Numbered from the stretch's first letter, positions 9,500-19,716 are shown. The stretch: 64,000 nucleotides of DNA from an uncultured Alphaproteobacteria bacterium (GCA_944389265.1 CALXLS010000001.1:82359-146358), one strand, 5' to 3'. The notes: a model not told the origin generated them from the sequence alone. Program-made: numbers and translations.

Positions 9500-10051
9500 A
9501 TGAATAAAAACAACCAGAACAGAATATCCGCTTCCCAGAAAACATTTTCTGCTTATGCAAAATATATAACCGAAGAATTCTTAGAAAAATACGGTGCTTC
9601 TTATGTAACATCAGAAAGCATAAAAAATTCTTGGCGATACAAAACCCCATACAGTAAAGAAATTGAAGATTTTTTAATCTTTAAATCAAAAATGTTTATA
9701 CGATTACTTGATTCACGCGATTCAAATTCTACAAATCCAGAATTTTTAAAGGCATTAATAACTTTAATTGCAGATTATTTATCCGCTTATACGCAAAATA
9801 ATCCAGAAATTACTAACCGTAAAAAAGCAAAAGAACAACTTAATCGCGCACTTTATACCCAATCTGCATATATTCAAAACTTATTGGCCATGCAAGCAGA
9901 AAATCGCACTCGCCGCAATTATAAACAAGCAAAATACGTACGCGAAAACAAAAGAAAGCAGAATAAAACTAAAAATGCACAACGTGAATTTAACAATAAA
10001 AAACAATTAAATTTACAAATTGTAGGTTTAGTTTACATAAAGAACAAATAA
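9500..10051 (+). CDS. Hypothetical Lys/Asn/Arg-rich basic protein
   Basis: ORF with an ATG start after an extremely A+T-rich spacer. The C-terminal half is low-complexity (KQAKYVRENKRKQNKTKNAQREFNNKK). No family recognised. Confidence 0.3.
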   Translation: MNKNNQNRISASQKTFSAYAKYITEEFLEKYGASYVTSESIKNSWRYKTPYSKEIEDFLIFKSKMFIRLLDSRDSNSTNPEFLKALITLIADYLSAYTQNNPEITNRKKAKEQLNRALYTQSAYIQNLLAMQAENRTRRNYKQAKYVRENKRKQNKTKNAQREFNNKKQLNLQIVGLVYIKNK

Positions 10052-10057
10052 AACTGG

Positions 10058-10930
10058 TTATTTCGTAACAGATTTAATTTCTTCATCGGCAGTGAACTGT
10101 GTTCTAAACCATGTTCTCTGCCGTTTTGCATATTGGTTCGTTTTTGTAATCCAATTTTTTATGCAATCTTCTTGCGTTATTTCACCACGCAGGAAAGAAC
10201 ATAATTGCGTTGCACCAATTGCACGACTTTCATCCCAACCAGAATCTATTACTGCTTGCGCTTCTGCAATCGCACCGCCTTCCAACATCTTTGGTATGCG
10301 CGCTGCAATCCGTTTATGCAAAATATCTAATGGCGAATTTATTAATATTTTATGCGGTGTTGGTTCTATCGCCCCACTACGCGGCAAAGACTGCCAATAA
10401 GTTATATGCTTGCCAGTTTCAAAAAAGACTTCTAATGCGCGCGCAACTCGCTGAGAATCTGTCGCTTTAAAATCTGACGGTAATAATTTTCTAGCCGCCT
10501 CTAAGTCTTTTGCAACTAAATCACGCGCCTTATCTCGTGCTTCCTTTGACACCTCTGGCATAGGGGATATACCATTTATAACCGCATTTATATAATACCC
10601 TGTTCCGCCAACAAATATAGGTGTAAGACCCGCTGTCTTGGCTTTGTCATATTCTTTTTTTGCCATGTGCAGATAATCAACAACACTTATCTGCTTATCT
10701 AGCGGTAAAATGGAAAACAATCTATAAGGAACCCCGTCTATTTCATCTGTTATTGGCATACCTGCAAAAGGACTTGCAGAAATATTCTCTATTCCCTTAT
10801 AAATCTGGACACTATCGCAATTTATAATAATACCATTTACTAACTTTGCTAAATTATGTGCAAAGTCCGACTTCCCAGATGCAGTAGGCCCAGCAATAAT
10901 ATAAGAATCATATTTTTTCATTAGGCTCAT
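10058..10930 (-). CDS. miaA: tRNA dimethylallyltransferase
   Basis: IIAGPTASGKSDFAHNLA (P-loop), …NCDSVQIYKG…, and the C-terminal YAKRQRTWF. The true start is MSLMKKYDSY; the long N-terminal extension in the listed ORF is spurious. Confidence 0.85.
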   Translation of the reverse strand: MSLMKKYDSYIIAGPTASGKSDFAHNLAKLVNGIIINCDSVQIYKGIENISASPFAGMPITDEIDGVPYRLFSILPLDKQISVVDYLHMAKKEYDKAKTAGLTPIFVGGTGYYINAVINGISPMPEVSKEARDKARDLVAKDLEAARKLLPSDFKATDSQRVARALEVFFETGKHITYWQSLPRSGAIEPTPHKILINSPLDILHKRIAARIPKMLEGGAIAEAQAVIDSGWDESRAIGATQLCSFLRGEITQEDCIKNWITKTNQYAKRQRTWFRTQFTADEEIKSVTK

Positions 10931-11051
10931 TATAAAATACAAAGATGAAAAATCAAGCGTAGCACCCAACAAACAAAAAATAATTGCACAATTTGTGCAT
11001 GGTGCTAAAATAACCCCGTCCAATAAAAAGATAAAACGAAAGGAAAATAAT

Positions 11052-12053
11052 ATGTCTAAAGTAAGAGTAGCAATTAACGGTTTCGGGCGCATCGGTCGCT
11101 TGGTTTTACGTGCAGCCCTGGAATCAGGTCGTGAAGACATCGAATTCGTTGCAGTAAACGATTTAGCACCAGCAGAACAAAATGCTTATTTATTACAGTA
11201 TGATTCCGTACACGGTAAGTTGCCTATGGATGTAAAACTAGAAGGCGAATACATATTGGTCGGTAATCAGAAAATTAAATGTATTGCAGAAAAAGACCCA
11301 ACTAAATTACCTTGGGGTGAATTAAATATCGATATAGTAATGGAATGCACAGGTATCTTTACCGCTGCAGAAAAAGCACGAGTTCACTTGGAATGTGGCG
11401 CGAAACGCGTTTTAGTATCCGCACCATCTGCAGGTGCAGACAAAACTATCGTATTCGGTGTAAACCAGGATACATTGACATCAGAAGACTTAATCGTATC
11501 AAACGCGTCTTGCACAACAAACTGCTTGGCACCTGTCGCAAAAGTATTAGATGATACTTTCGGTATAATTTCTGGTTGGATGACAACAGTTCATGCTTAT
11601 ACAGGCGACCAGCAATTATTAGATAAAAACCATAAAGACTTCCGTCGTGCACGTGCAGCAGGTTTATCAATGATTCCAACCAGCACAGGCGCAGCAAAAG
11701 CAATTGGCTTAGTATTACCAAAATTAGCAGGCAAATTAGACGGTATGGCAATTCGCGTACCAACACCAGATGTTTCTGTTGTGGAATTGGTCGTTAACCT
11801 AGAAAAATCTGCCACTGTAGAAGCAGTAAACGAAGCCATGAAAGCCGCAGAATCAAAAACTTTTGGTTACAATGACAAACCATTAGTATCTGTTGATTTT
11901 ACAGGTGATGCACATAGTTCTATCTTTGATGCTTCACAAACAAAAGTATTGGAAGATAAGTTAGTCCATGTGACAGCATGGTATGACAACGAATGGGGCT
12001 TCTCAAATCGTATGGGCGACACCGCAGTTGCAATGGGTAAACTTATTAAATAA
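11052..12053 (+). CDS. gap: Glyceraldehyde-3-phosphate dehydrogenase
   Basis: MSKVRVAINGFGRIGR, the catalytic SNASCTTNCLAP, and WYDNEWGFSNR. AAGGA precedes the ATG at 11052. Confidence 0.9.
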   Translation: MSKVRVAINGFGRIGRLVLRAALESGREDIEFVAVNDLAPAEQNAYLLQYDSVHGKLPMDVKLEGEYILVGNQKIKCIAEKDPTKLPWGELNIDIVMECTGIFTAAEKARVHLECGAKRVLVSAPSAGADKTIVFGVNQDTLTSEDLIVSNASCTTNCLAPVAKVLDDTFGIISGWMTTVHAYTGDQQLLDKNHKDFRRARAAGLSMIPTSTGAAKAIGLVLPKLAGKLDGMAIRVPTPDVSVVELVVNLEKSATVEAVNEAMKAAESKTFGYNDKPLVSVDFTGDAHSSIFDASQTKVLEDKLVHVTAWYDNEWGFSNRMGDTAVAMGKLIK

Positions 12054-12060
12054 TTACTTT

Positions 12061-12090
12061 AAATCCGCCGTTTTGGCGGATTTTTTTTAT
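12061..12090 (+). terminator. Intrinsic terminator downstream of gap
   Basis: ATCCGCCG-TTTT-GGCGGAT plus T8. Confidence 0.55.
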
Positions 12091-12105
12091 TTGTGAAAAA
12101 AAGTC

Positions 12106-12134
12106 TTGCATTTATGTTAACAACAGTATATCAT
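12106..12134 (+). promoter_or_regulatory. Putative sigma70-type promoter for tRNA-Asp
   Basis: TTGCAT-17 nt-TATCAT, about 15 nt upstream of the tRNA 5' end. Confidence 0.3.
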
Positions 12135-12148
12135 AAGCCTTGCTTTAA

Positions 12149-12226
12149 GGGGTTGTAGCTCAGCTGGTTTAGAGCGTCTGCCTGTCACGCAGAAGGTCGC
12201 GGGTTCGAGCCCCGTCAATCCCGCCA
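12149..12226 (+). tRNA. tRNA-Asp (anticodon GTC)
   Basis: Cloverleaf traced by hand. Acceptor GGGGTTG/CAATCCC, anticodon stem-loop TCTGC-CTGTCAC-GCAGA, T arm GGTTCGAGCCC, 3' GCCA. Confidence 0.85.
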
Positions 12227-12233
12227 GCTATTC

Positions 12234-12264
12234 AAACACTGTTCTTTGAACAGTGTTTTTTGTT
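12234..12264 (+). terminator. Intrinsic terminator after tRNA-Asp
   Basis: AACACTGTTC-TTTG-AACAGTGTT followed by a T-run. Confidence 0.5.
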
Positions 12265-12355
12265 TAAGAATATTTCCCATAAAATTTTTGTTATAATTGT
12301 TGATATAATTCATCTTGTTGGTATACTTATAAACAAGTCAAAAAAGGGGAAAAAC

Positions 12356-12820
12356 ATGAACTTAAAACCATATATCTTAGCAGCTGGCGTATTGGCCTTG
12401 GCGGCGTGTGGTGATAAAACACCAAACCCAGAAATGTTAAAGGGTGAAAGTTTTATATCTGCTGCAGAAGGTACAGATATCACTTTGACTTTTGACGCGA
12501 CAGAAATGCGTGTAAATGGTCAGGTTGTGAACTTATACAATGGCACATACGAAGCAGAAGGCGATAAAATTAAATTTGGTCCGATGGCATCAACAATGAT
12601 GATGGGTCCAATGAATGCTATGCAGACAGAACAAGACTATTTTCAGTTCTTAACAACTGTTGAATCATATAGTTTGGAAGACGGTCGCTTGACCTTAAAG
12701 AATGCAGAAGGTAAAGAAATCGTATTTCAGCAGGTTGAAGACGAACCGACAGAAGTTGTTGAAGAAACAGAAACTGTTGAAGAAGTTGATATGAACGCAC
12801 CAGTTGCTGCCCAAAACTAA
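12356..12820 (+). CDS. Lipoprotein with a META/HslJ-like domain and an acidic C-terminal tail
   Basis: Lipobox LALAAC. A pattern of the form NLYNGTYEAEGDKIKFGPMASTMMMGP…DGRLTLKNAEGKEIVF resembles the META (HslJ-like) domain; weak, pattern-level only. Confidence 0.4.
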   Translation: MNLKPYILAAGVLALAACGDKTPNPEMLKGESFISAAEGTDITLTFDATEMRVNGQVVNLYNGTYEAEGDKIKFGPMASTMMMGPMNAMQTEQDYFQFLTTVESYSLEDGRLTLKNAEGKEIVFQQVEDEPTEVVEETETVEEVDMNAPVAAQN

Positions 12821-12855
12821 ATGAATAAATAAAAAATAACTGGCATTAAAATACC

Positions 12856-12884
12856 TTGACAAAGGTAAAAATGCCAGTTATAAT
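12856..12884 (+). promoter_or_regulatory. Consensus sigma70 promoter for tRNA-Glu
   Basis: TTGACA(12856-61)-17 nt-TATAAT(12879-84), perfect hexamers and spacing, about 35 nt upstream of the tRNA. Confidence 0.5.
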
Positions 12885-12919
12885 TTGGCGGCGTTTTGAT
12901 AAAGAAACGCGGCAGTTTC

Positions 12920-12995
12920 GGCCCCATCGTCTAGAGGCCTAGGACACCGCCCTTTCAAGGCGAGAACACCAGTTCGAATCTGGTTGGGGCTGCCA
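12920..12995 (+). tRNA. tRNA-Glu (anticodon TTC)
   Basis: GGCCCCATCGTCTAGAGGCCTAGGACACCGCCCTTTCAAGGCG…TTCGAATC…GGGGCTGCCA, near-identical in architecture to proteobacterial tRNA-Glu. Confidence 0.85.
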
Positions 12996-12999
12996 AGAT

Positions 13000-13028
13000 A
13001 AAACGACCCTTTCGGGTCGTTTTTTATT
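13000..13028. terminator. Bidirectional terminator between tRNA-Glu and the convergent usher gene
   Basis: ACGACCC-TTTC-GGGTCGT followed by TTTTT. Confidence 0.5.
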
Positions 13029-15590
13029 TTAACTTACTTCTTGTTTCTCTTCCGTTAATTTTATTGTTTCTTCCATACTATGAAAGTTCTTGCTTATATC
13101 TATGTTCGCTTTCCCTACTAACTCATCTTCTTCATTAAACACTTCTATTATATATTTTCCATGTTTAATTCCGTCAAATATAAATGCGCCGTCCTTATCT
13201 GCAACTTTTGTCGCAACCGTTTCGCCTTCTGTATTCTTGATATATATTGTGTATTTCTGACCCTCAACCATATTTTCTAGTTGTCCTTCTAATCCCCCAA
13301 GGTGATTAAACTTTATTACTATATGGCGCATTGCACCTGGACGTAAAACCAATTTCTTTTCCGTCCATTCTGGTACCAATGCTAAATCTTCTACCTCATT
13401 TCCATCTACACTTAATATCGCTTTTTGATGAGAATCTAGGTTAGTTATTATCGCTTCACCATCTTCATCTGTAACCGACGGACTTTCACGACCGTTTACT
13501 ATTATCTTTACACCTTTTACAGGATTACCATGGTCATCTTCAGCATGTGCAAATATAGTACCGTAATTCATCATTTGATTTTCTGAGTTTGTAAATAACT
13601 CCATACTATTCGGTTTCTTACCCAAACTTATATTATATGTTAACCCTAGTGCAAGGTTCCTATTCGTATCAGCCGACACATTAAATGTTATTCCACCAAA
13701 CTTAAATAATCTGCCAAGCCCAACACCAAAAACATCTATGTCCGAATTACCTGTATAATTAGACTGACAATCATGATTCCATGTTGCCTGAACATAAGTA
13801 TTTTTATCCCAACGATATTCTAAAAAACTACCATAACTATTCAAATAAGTATCAGGGTTTGTTTGATAACGCGCCTGCCCGTTTACACGAAAGCGCATAT
13901 AGTTTGCTTGTAATAGAAAATCTATATAATTCTGTGTAAAGCCCGCATTACGAGTCCAATTATTTTCTATTGTAAAATTATAATAACGCATAAAATTCGG
14001 TGATAATCTGGCCTGAACAGTTTGGTAACTTTCACCATTCTGTCCATTACTACCTGTATAAGAAATATAATAAGGAACATTTATAAAAGGCAAACTTCCT
14101 GTTAAACGCGTTTCGAATAAATCTTTTAAATATCCGTCTTGATAGTATGAAATTGGCGATGATATATCACCATAATATTCATACCTTGTAAAGATAGTTC
14201 CTATATAAATATCACCTTGTAAATCTACGTGATGACCGACCGCATTTTTACTAAGGTTATAATTCATATTATATTGCAAAGACACACCATTCAAAGCAAG
14301 TTGCGCACCCAATGTAGAATATTGATAATCAGACCCTATATCATTTATATTTTCTGCAGTTGCAAAACCACCGTTCAATGTAAAGTAATCTGTCACCCCG
14401 TAATAAAACATAGAATTAGCAGAAATCTTATCCGAAGAACTTTGCAGTCCTTCTTTTCCCTCAAAAATATATCTGTTTGGTTGTTGCGCACTTATATTAT
14501 ACCCTAACTCGCCTGCACTGACTGGTGATGTACCAGAATAATACCGGCGTTCTTCTTCACGAACTTCACCGAATGGTCCATATAAGACAACCTTAAAGTT
14601 ATTTAGTCCATAATTTACAGGTATATTTAAAAACTCGTATCTACCGTCAATGCTTGATTGTCGAAATCCTATTAACTGATTGTTAAGGTATAATTCTGCT
14701 TCCCAGCCCGCTGGCATACTGCCTGTAATATCGATAGTCTTATCTGCAGAAACAACTAAATCTTTAAAAGAACTAAATAAAACACCGCGCCCATTAACAC
14801 CATTAAAGAACAAATTGTTTCCGTCACTAACAATATCACCTGCTTTAAATCTTGCTAAATTTAATGCGTTTCTAGGTTCATCTAATAAAGTCTTGCTGAC
14901 AGACACCCTGGCACCAGGATCCCATAATTCTGAATTACCATAGTCATCCCCGAATATAGTTACCTGGGTATCAAACCCAGCAAAAATCATACCTAGATTT
15001 GCTTGATAATAATCACCGTATGAATGACTATAATCGTCTTTATGTATATGGTTAAAGTTCTGTGTTCTTTTATAAATAAAGTCCATTACAGGAAAAGAAA
15101 AATAACGTTTATCAAACTCATAATTACTAAATGGGTCCGCCTGTGAACTATAAGACATATTTTGTCGCCTGACAAAATTCTGTGCAGACCTGGCCGTAGG
15201 TAAAACTTTTTCAGATTCTACCTCTAATACGGTTTCTAATAAATTTACTTTTAACTTTATTGGTAATACCCTTTCATATAAATCTAATGAAAAAAAATCT
15301 TTACCATCATAATCTATGAAAGTTTCTTCGGAAAAATCCGCAGAATTTAAAGAAAAACTTTCATCTAAAAAACTGCCTGTATTGTCATTTGGATTAAAGT
15401 TAAACCTTAAGGCTTCCGCCATATCTTGCATATCAAAGAAAAAAATATCCTCTTGTTGCACAGCATGAACAATAACCCCTGTGTTTATTCCCTGAACAAT
15501 CGGTTCTAATAGCAACTGATTAGCATAAGTCAAATCAGAATAAACAAGACAAGATATAACGCTATATAAGCTTAGTTTCCAGCACTTCAT
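13029..15590 (-). CDS. Fimbrial usher (outer-membrane pilus-assembly platform)
   Basis: 853 aa with a signal peptide. Usher-typical length and beta-rich composition. Position directly downstream of a PapD-like chaperone and SCPU subunits; the assignment is by context plus composition. Confidence 0.7.
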   Translation of the reverse strand: MKCWKLSLYSVISCLVYSDLTYANQLLLEPIVQGINTGVIVHAVQQEDIFFFDMQDMAEALRFNFNPNDNTGSFLDESFSLNSADFSEETFIDYDGKDFFSLDLYERVLPIKLKVNLLETVLEVESEKVLPTARSAQNFVRRQNMSYSSQADPFSNYEFDKRYFSFPVMDFIYKRTQNFNHIHKDDYSHSYGDYYQANLGMIFAGFDTQVTIFGDDYGNSELWDPGARVSVSKTLLDEPRNALNLARFKAGDIVSDGNNLFFNGVNGRGVLFSSFKDLVVSADKTIDITGSMPAGWEAELYLNNQLIGFRQSSIDGRYEFLNIPVNYGLNNFKVVLYGPFGEVREEERRYYSGTSPVSAGELGYNISAQQPNRYIFEGKEGLQSSSDKISANSMFYYGVTDYFTLNGGFATAENINDIGSDYQYSTLGAQLALNGVSLQYNMNYNLSKNAVGHHVDLQGDIYIGTIFTRYEYYGDISSPISYYQDGYLKDLFETRLTGSLPFINVPYYISYTGSNGQNGESYQTVQARLSPNFMRYYNFTIENNWTRNAGFTQNYIDFLLQANYMRFRVNGQARYQTNPDTYLNSYGSFLEYRWDKNTYVQATWNHDCQSNYTGNSDIDVFGVGLGRLFKFGGITFNVSADTNRNLALGLTYNISLGKKPNSMELFTNSENQMMNYGTIFAHAEDDHGNPVKGVKIIVNGRESPSVTDEDGEAIITNLDSHQKAILSVDGNEVEDLALVPEWTEKKLVLRPGAMRHIVIKFNHLGGLEGQLENMVEGQKYTIYIKNTEGETVATKVADKDGAFIFDGIKHGKYIIEVFNEEDELVGKANIDISKNFHSMEETIKLTEEKQEVS

Positions 15591-16326
15591 TTGTTTTCTC
15601 GTCCATCAAAACTACACTTATTTGTCCATTTGGCAATTTGCTTAAAGGAACATCTATGTCACGAGTATCTGTTGTTGTAAATATTCTAAATTTATTAACG
15701 CGCCCTATTTCTTCTTTTCCTTGCTTTACAATTAACGTTCCGTAAAAAGACCTGTTCCCTTCCCTTTCAACAATTACTGAAACCTTAGGGGATTTTGAGT
15801 CTTTATCTAACACGGCACTTTTTATTTTAGCACTATATTGTACGTCACCATTTATTATCATAACGGGAATTGAAACTTCATATAAAGCCTCTAAATTTAT
15901 AATCAAACTACCGTCATTTTCTGATGTATAATCTGTATCTATTTTACTTGGCTGTTCTTGAATCAATAGATGCGAAACATACTCGCCGTCAGGTACAGTT
16001 GCCATACCACGTCTTTGCACTCTGACCACTTGTGATTCATTGGGTTTTAGTGTCACTTGATGCGGTGACCATTCAAGATATTCATCTGCCAATAAAATAT
16101 TTTCTGTATTCTTATCCGCAGGACTATATTTACCTGTGTGGTCTTGCTGAAAGTTAGTTAACTTTATATTATAAGTCTTCTCTACTGTAGCATTGTTTGT
16201 AAATCTTACCTGTCCCATTCTTTTGGACGACTCTGCATCAAATTCCAAATAAAAAGGCGCAACAGATATATTTGAAAAAGCTAAATTTGGAGACAGAAAA
16301 CATAATAATAAAAATACTTTTTTCAT
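15562..16326 (-). CDS. Periplasmic pilus chaperone (PapD/CsuC-like)
   Basis: Signal peptide MKKVFLLLCFLSPNLAFS, then ISVAPFYLEFDA…, of the kind found in chaperone N-domains. About 250 aa. Overlaps the usher start, typical of chaperone-usher operons. Confidence 0.6.
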   Translation of the reverse strand: MKKVFLLLCFLSPNLAFSNISVAPFYLEFDAESSKRMGQVRFTNNATVEKTYNIKLTNFQQDHTGKYSPADKNTENILLADEYLEWSPHQVTLKPNESQVVRVQRRGMATVPDGEYVSHLLIQEQPSKIDTDYTSENDGSLIINLEALYEVSIPVMIINGDVQYSAKIKSAVLDKDSKSPKVSVIVEREGNRSFYGTLIVKQGKEEIGRVNKFRIFTTTDTRDIDVPLSKLPNGQISVVLMDEKTNEVLETKLI

Positions 16327-16335
16327 TTTTACTCC

Positions 16336-17250
16336 CTAATAATTAACGCTGATTGTATAAGTTCCGTTATAAGTTCCTGCTGCTTGATTAGCGTTTATAA
16401 TCAAATCCGCACCAACCGTTAAAGTTAAATTCCCATTAGAATTTGTATTTGTAGAAGAACCGCTTGGACGCCTAGAAAAATTGTTAACAGTCATTGCAGC
16501 TCCTGGTCCCGTTAACGTTGTAGAAGTTGGCAAAGAAACGTTTATTGATGTATTGGGTTGACCTGTAATAACAAATTCTGCAGGATTACCTGGTAAACTT
16601 GAAATCAAAGTTATACCTGCCGCACCAGAAACAATTGTGCGATTTCCATTTTGTGCGGACATATTCACAACCGCGTTTCCTGTTGATACATTTATTGCGC
16701 CAAAGTTTAATTGCTTTGATTGAGTTATAGTTAACGGTCTCCATAAAGTTGCAATAATAGGAAGCGTCACAGTATCAAACCCACCGAATAAAGAATAGGC
16801 TCTTACTTGAACTGACCCAGTATAATTGCCAGGCGTAGAAGCACTTGTAAAATTAAGCGTTCCTCCGACATTTGCAGTCACTTCTGGATTAGAAGACGAT
16901 ACCTGCAAGTTAGGTGTCACAGTAAAATTATTTACGACAACAGTTCCACCTTGCCCGTTATTTAAAGTAACTGAAGAATTTAGAAAAGTCATTGTGACAG
17001 ATTGCGGGAAGGGGCCAAATCCAGACCCTTTATATAAAAGTTGACCTGCATAATAAGCGGTTCCCGTTGGTGCAATTGTTGCCGTTCCATAAGTATTAAT
17101 AGAACTATTTAATGCAACCGTTGCTGAACCCGACGCAGACACAGGAACAAGCGTGCCAAAAGATAAATTCTTTACAACACTAAAATTTGCGGCAAATAAA
17201 ATTTTTGGCACTAATAAACTGATAACAAAAATACTAAACCTGAAAATCAA
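16336..17250 (-). CDS. Secreted SCPU (spore-coat-protein-U/Csu-type) pilin-domain protein, large subunit
   Basis: Signal peptide. Thr/Ser/Asn/Gly-rich. The C-terminal QAAGTYNGTYTISVNY is paralogous to the neighbouring subunit's QPSGTYNGTYTVTVSY (SCPU-domain C-terminal strand). Confidence 0.55.
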   Translation of the reverse strand: MIFRFSIFVISLLVPKILFAANFSVVKNLSFGTLVPVSASGSATVALNSSINTYGTATIAPTGTAYYAGQLLYKGSGFGPFPQSVTMTFLNSSVTLNNGQGGTVVVNNFTVTPNLQVSSSNPEVTANVGGTLNFTSASTPGNYTGSVQVRAYSLFGGFDTVTLPIIATLWRPLTITQSKQLNFGAINVSTGNAVVNMSAQNGNRTIVSGAAGITLISSLPGNPAEFVITGQPNTSINVSLPTSTTLTGPGAAMTVNNFSRRPSGSSTNTNSNGNLTLTVGADLIINANQAAGTYNGTYTISVNY

Positions 17251-17723
17251 TAACTAACCGTTACAGTATATGTTCCGTTATATGTACCAGATGGTTGATT
17301 GGCCCCAACATTTAAATTAGCACCGACATTTAAAGCCAATGTACCATTTGAATCAGTTGTATTTCCTGCTGGGGTACTGGTAGAAGTAAAGTTATCCAAA
17401 GTCATTGATTCCGAACCATTGGTAACAGTTCCATTTGAAAAAGATACCTGCATTAATGTTGACGGTTGCGCGACTATGTTAAACTTACCTGCGGCTCCAG
17501 CACCATAAGTTCCAAGTGTAGAAGAAGATGCAACCCCAGCAGGAGATAAAGTGACAACCCCCGCATTTGCAGTAGGACTGACTGTACCGAAATTCATCTG
17601 TTGGGTTTGACTTGTACCAATAGTATTTTGAATCAAAACAGTTGCATTACCTGTAATCGTAGCTGCATTAGCAAAACCCGCAAAAAGCATTCCCGATATA
17701 CCAATTAGTAAAGTTTTATTCAT
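17247..17723 (-). CDS. Secreted SCPU-domain pilin subunit (CsuA/B-like)
   Basis: Signal peptide MNKTLLIGISGMLFAGFANA; about 160 aa; C-terminal …GTYNGTYTVTVSY. ATGA overlap with the downstream gene. Confidence 0.6.
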   Translation of the reverse strand: MNKTLLIGISGMLFAGFANAATITGNATVLIQNTIGTSQTQQMNFGTVSPTANAGVVTLSPAGVASSSTLGTYGAGAAGKFNIVAQPSTLMQVSFSNGTVTNGSESMTLDNFTSTSTPAGNTTDSNGTLALNVGANLNVGANQPSGTYNGTYTVTVSY

Positions 17724-17789
17724 AGCCTCTCTCCTTTGCTATGCTTTATATGATAATTAATAAAAAACACAAAACTATCCGAGCCTTTT

Positions 17790-17818
17790 CCTAAAAACCA
17801 CCCAAACGGGTGGTTTCT
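17790..17818 (-). terminator. Intrinsic terminator for the oleate hydratase gene
   Basis: AACCACCC-AAAC-GGGTGGTT with a T-run on the minus strand. Confidence 0.5.
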
Positions 17819-19591
17819 TTATATCAATTTCGCTTCTTTTAATAATTCTTCTAAATATGTTCCCCTTACCTTTTTCATACCCTGCTTTTCTAACAGTTTT
17901 AGTACCCATGGGACATCTATCTCATGAAGTTTCTTCCTGTCGTTTAAGTAATATATACTTTGCAACAACATACGAACATCAAAGCACGAATCAAATACTT
18001 CTGGAACACCACGTTCTATGCCCAATAAAGTATAAACCGCTTCCATCGCAGTTCTAACAGAGTATTCTGTTGTAAACACTGTATCCCTTTCTGTTTCTGC
18101 ATAATTACCTATAAACGCAAGATTTACTGAACCTTTTGGTACAACTAACGGTCTGTCACCCAGCGCACGCGGCATAAAGTATGTAGTTATATATGGCATA
18201 TGACTAGGCACAGTATTTGCACTGTTATGCGCAATATCTTCTATTTCTTTTTCTGGAACGCCAATATGATACAACCATTCAGCACATAATTCCGCACCTG
18301 TACAATCTGCTATCTTTTTCTTTACATAATTACCTTCGGTATCTGATAACAAACCATAAGTCCAAACTATTATTTCATTAGGTTTCTGACTGCGGAAATG
18401 CGGCTGACGTGAAATACTGAACCCGTACAACCAATTAGAATCTTTTATTGTCACAGGTCCACTACTTACAATAGAACCACTATGCGGATTTTTCTTACAG
18501 ATTTTTTCTATATAAGGTACAACCCTATCATCTGTAAGCGTAATGGTTGCAGACATAACCCAGTTCGCAGCAGGTATGTTTTCACAGAACTTGTCTGGGC
18601 GACCAAACTCTTTGTTCTGCTTGGCGATATTTTTCCACAATTCCCAACTGCCACCTAGTTCATGATGCGTATCTGCTGGGGTATCATTATCACCATATGT
18701 CGTACTTTCTGTAATAGAACCATTAGTGACAAAGACTAAATCATCTGGCGTGATAGACATTTCTTTTTCTTTACCAGACTTTATCATTTCTATTTTCTTT
18801 GCGACCTTTTTATTAGATTTGCAATCAATAACAACATTCGTTATACGCGTGTCATAGTGAAATTTTACACCATTATTTTCTAACCAACGAACAAGCGGTG
18901 TAATTAAAGATTCATATTGATTATATCTTGTAAACTTCAATGCGGACATATCGGCAAGTTTCCCAACATGATGTATAAAGCGCAAGATATAACGACGCAT
19001 TTCCATTGCACTGGACCATTTTTCAAATGCGAACATTGTTGCCCAATATAACCAGAAATTAGATTCAAAAAATTCTTCTGTAAAAACCTGGTCAATTTGT
19101 ACATCTTGCAATTTTTCTTCTGGTGTTAGTGCCAAATCTATTAATTCACGAATTGCGGTCGGTGTTAAAGTCAATTTACCGTCGTCTTTCATCCTCTTGC
19201 CTCGCTTTTCTATTGCGCGACAATGTGAAAAACTTGGGTCGTCTTTGTTTAACCAATAAAATTCATCTAACACAGATACTTTTTCATCTTCTAATGATGG
19301 TATCGACCTAAACAAGTCCCACAAAGTCTCAAAATGAGCCTCCATTTCACGACCGCCACGAATTATATAACCGCGCTGCGGATTTAATATTCCGTCCATA
19401 CTACCACCTGCTAAAGGAAGTTCTTCAAAAATATGAATCTTGTTCCCTTTCATTTTTCCGTCACGAATTAAAAATACAGCGGCCGCAAGACCTGCTAAGC
19501 CACCACCTATTATATAAGCAGACTTTTTATCTACACCCTCTGGTTTGCGAGGATTGGCAAAAGCCTCGTAATTTCCATTACTGTGATACAT
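17819..19591 (-). CDS. Oleate hydratase (FAD-dependent fatty-acid hydratase, MCRA family)
   Basis: AGGAGA SD precedes the start [14 protein letters not shown]-binding [18 protein letters not shown] and [23 protein letters not shown], typical of MCRA/oleate hydratases. About 590 aa. Confidence 0.8.
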   Translation of the reverse strand: MYHSNGNYEAFANPRKPEGVDKKSAYIIGGGLAGLAAAVFLIRDGKMKGNKIHIFEELPLAGGSMDGILNPQRGYIIRGGREMEAHFETLWDLFRSIPSLEDEKVSVLDEFYWLNKDDPSFSHCRAIEKRGKRMKDDGKLTLTPTAIRELIDLALTPEEKLQDVQIDQVFTEEFFESNFWLYWATMFAFEKWSSAMEMRRYILRFIHHVGKLADMSALKFTRYNQYESLITPLVRWLENNGVKFHYDTRITNVVIDCKSNKKVAKKIEMIKSGKEKEMSITPDDLVFVTNGSITESTTYGDNDTPADTHHELGGSWELWKNIAKQNKEFGRPDKFCENIPAANWVMSATITLTDDRVVPYIEKICKKNPHSGSIVSSGPVTIKDSNWLYGFSISRQPHFRSQKPNEIIVWTYGLLSDTEGNYVKKKIADCTGAELCAEWLYHIGVPEKEIEDIAHNSANTVPSHMPYITTYFMPRALGDRPLVVPKGSVNLAFIGNYAETERDTVFTTEYSVRTAMEAVYTLLGIERGVPEVFDSCFDVRMLLQSIYYLNDRKKLHEIDVPWVLKLLEKQGMKKVRGTYLEELLKEAKLI

Positions 19592-19681
19592 GACATCTCT
19601 CCTTTTGTTATGTACAAAAGAAGAATAGACCATAATCAGAATATATAACACAGGATAGAAATCCGATTTATCATCAAAAAA

Positions 19682-19709
19682 TTGACACACACAAACTAAT
19701 AGTTATAAT
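19682..19709 (+). promoter_or_regulatory. Consensus sigma70 promoter (TTGACA-16-TATAAT) placed to give a leaderless transcript for the small ORF at 19717
   Basis: TTGACA 19682-87 and TATAAT 19704-09. The ATG at 19717 lies only 7 nt downstream of the -10. Confidence 0.35.
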
Positions 19710-19716
19710 TAAATAC

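Noticed and set aside
10930-11140. The N-terminal 70-codon extension of the miaA ORF and the 19-codon extension of the gap ORF
   Set aside because: These extensions overlap each other's divergent promoter region. Conserved N-termini (MSLMKKYDSYIIAGPTASGKS; MSKVRVAINGFGRIGR) and SD sequences place the real starts at 10930 and 11052.
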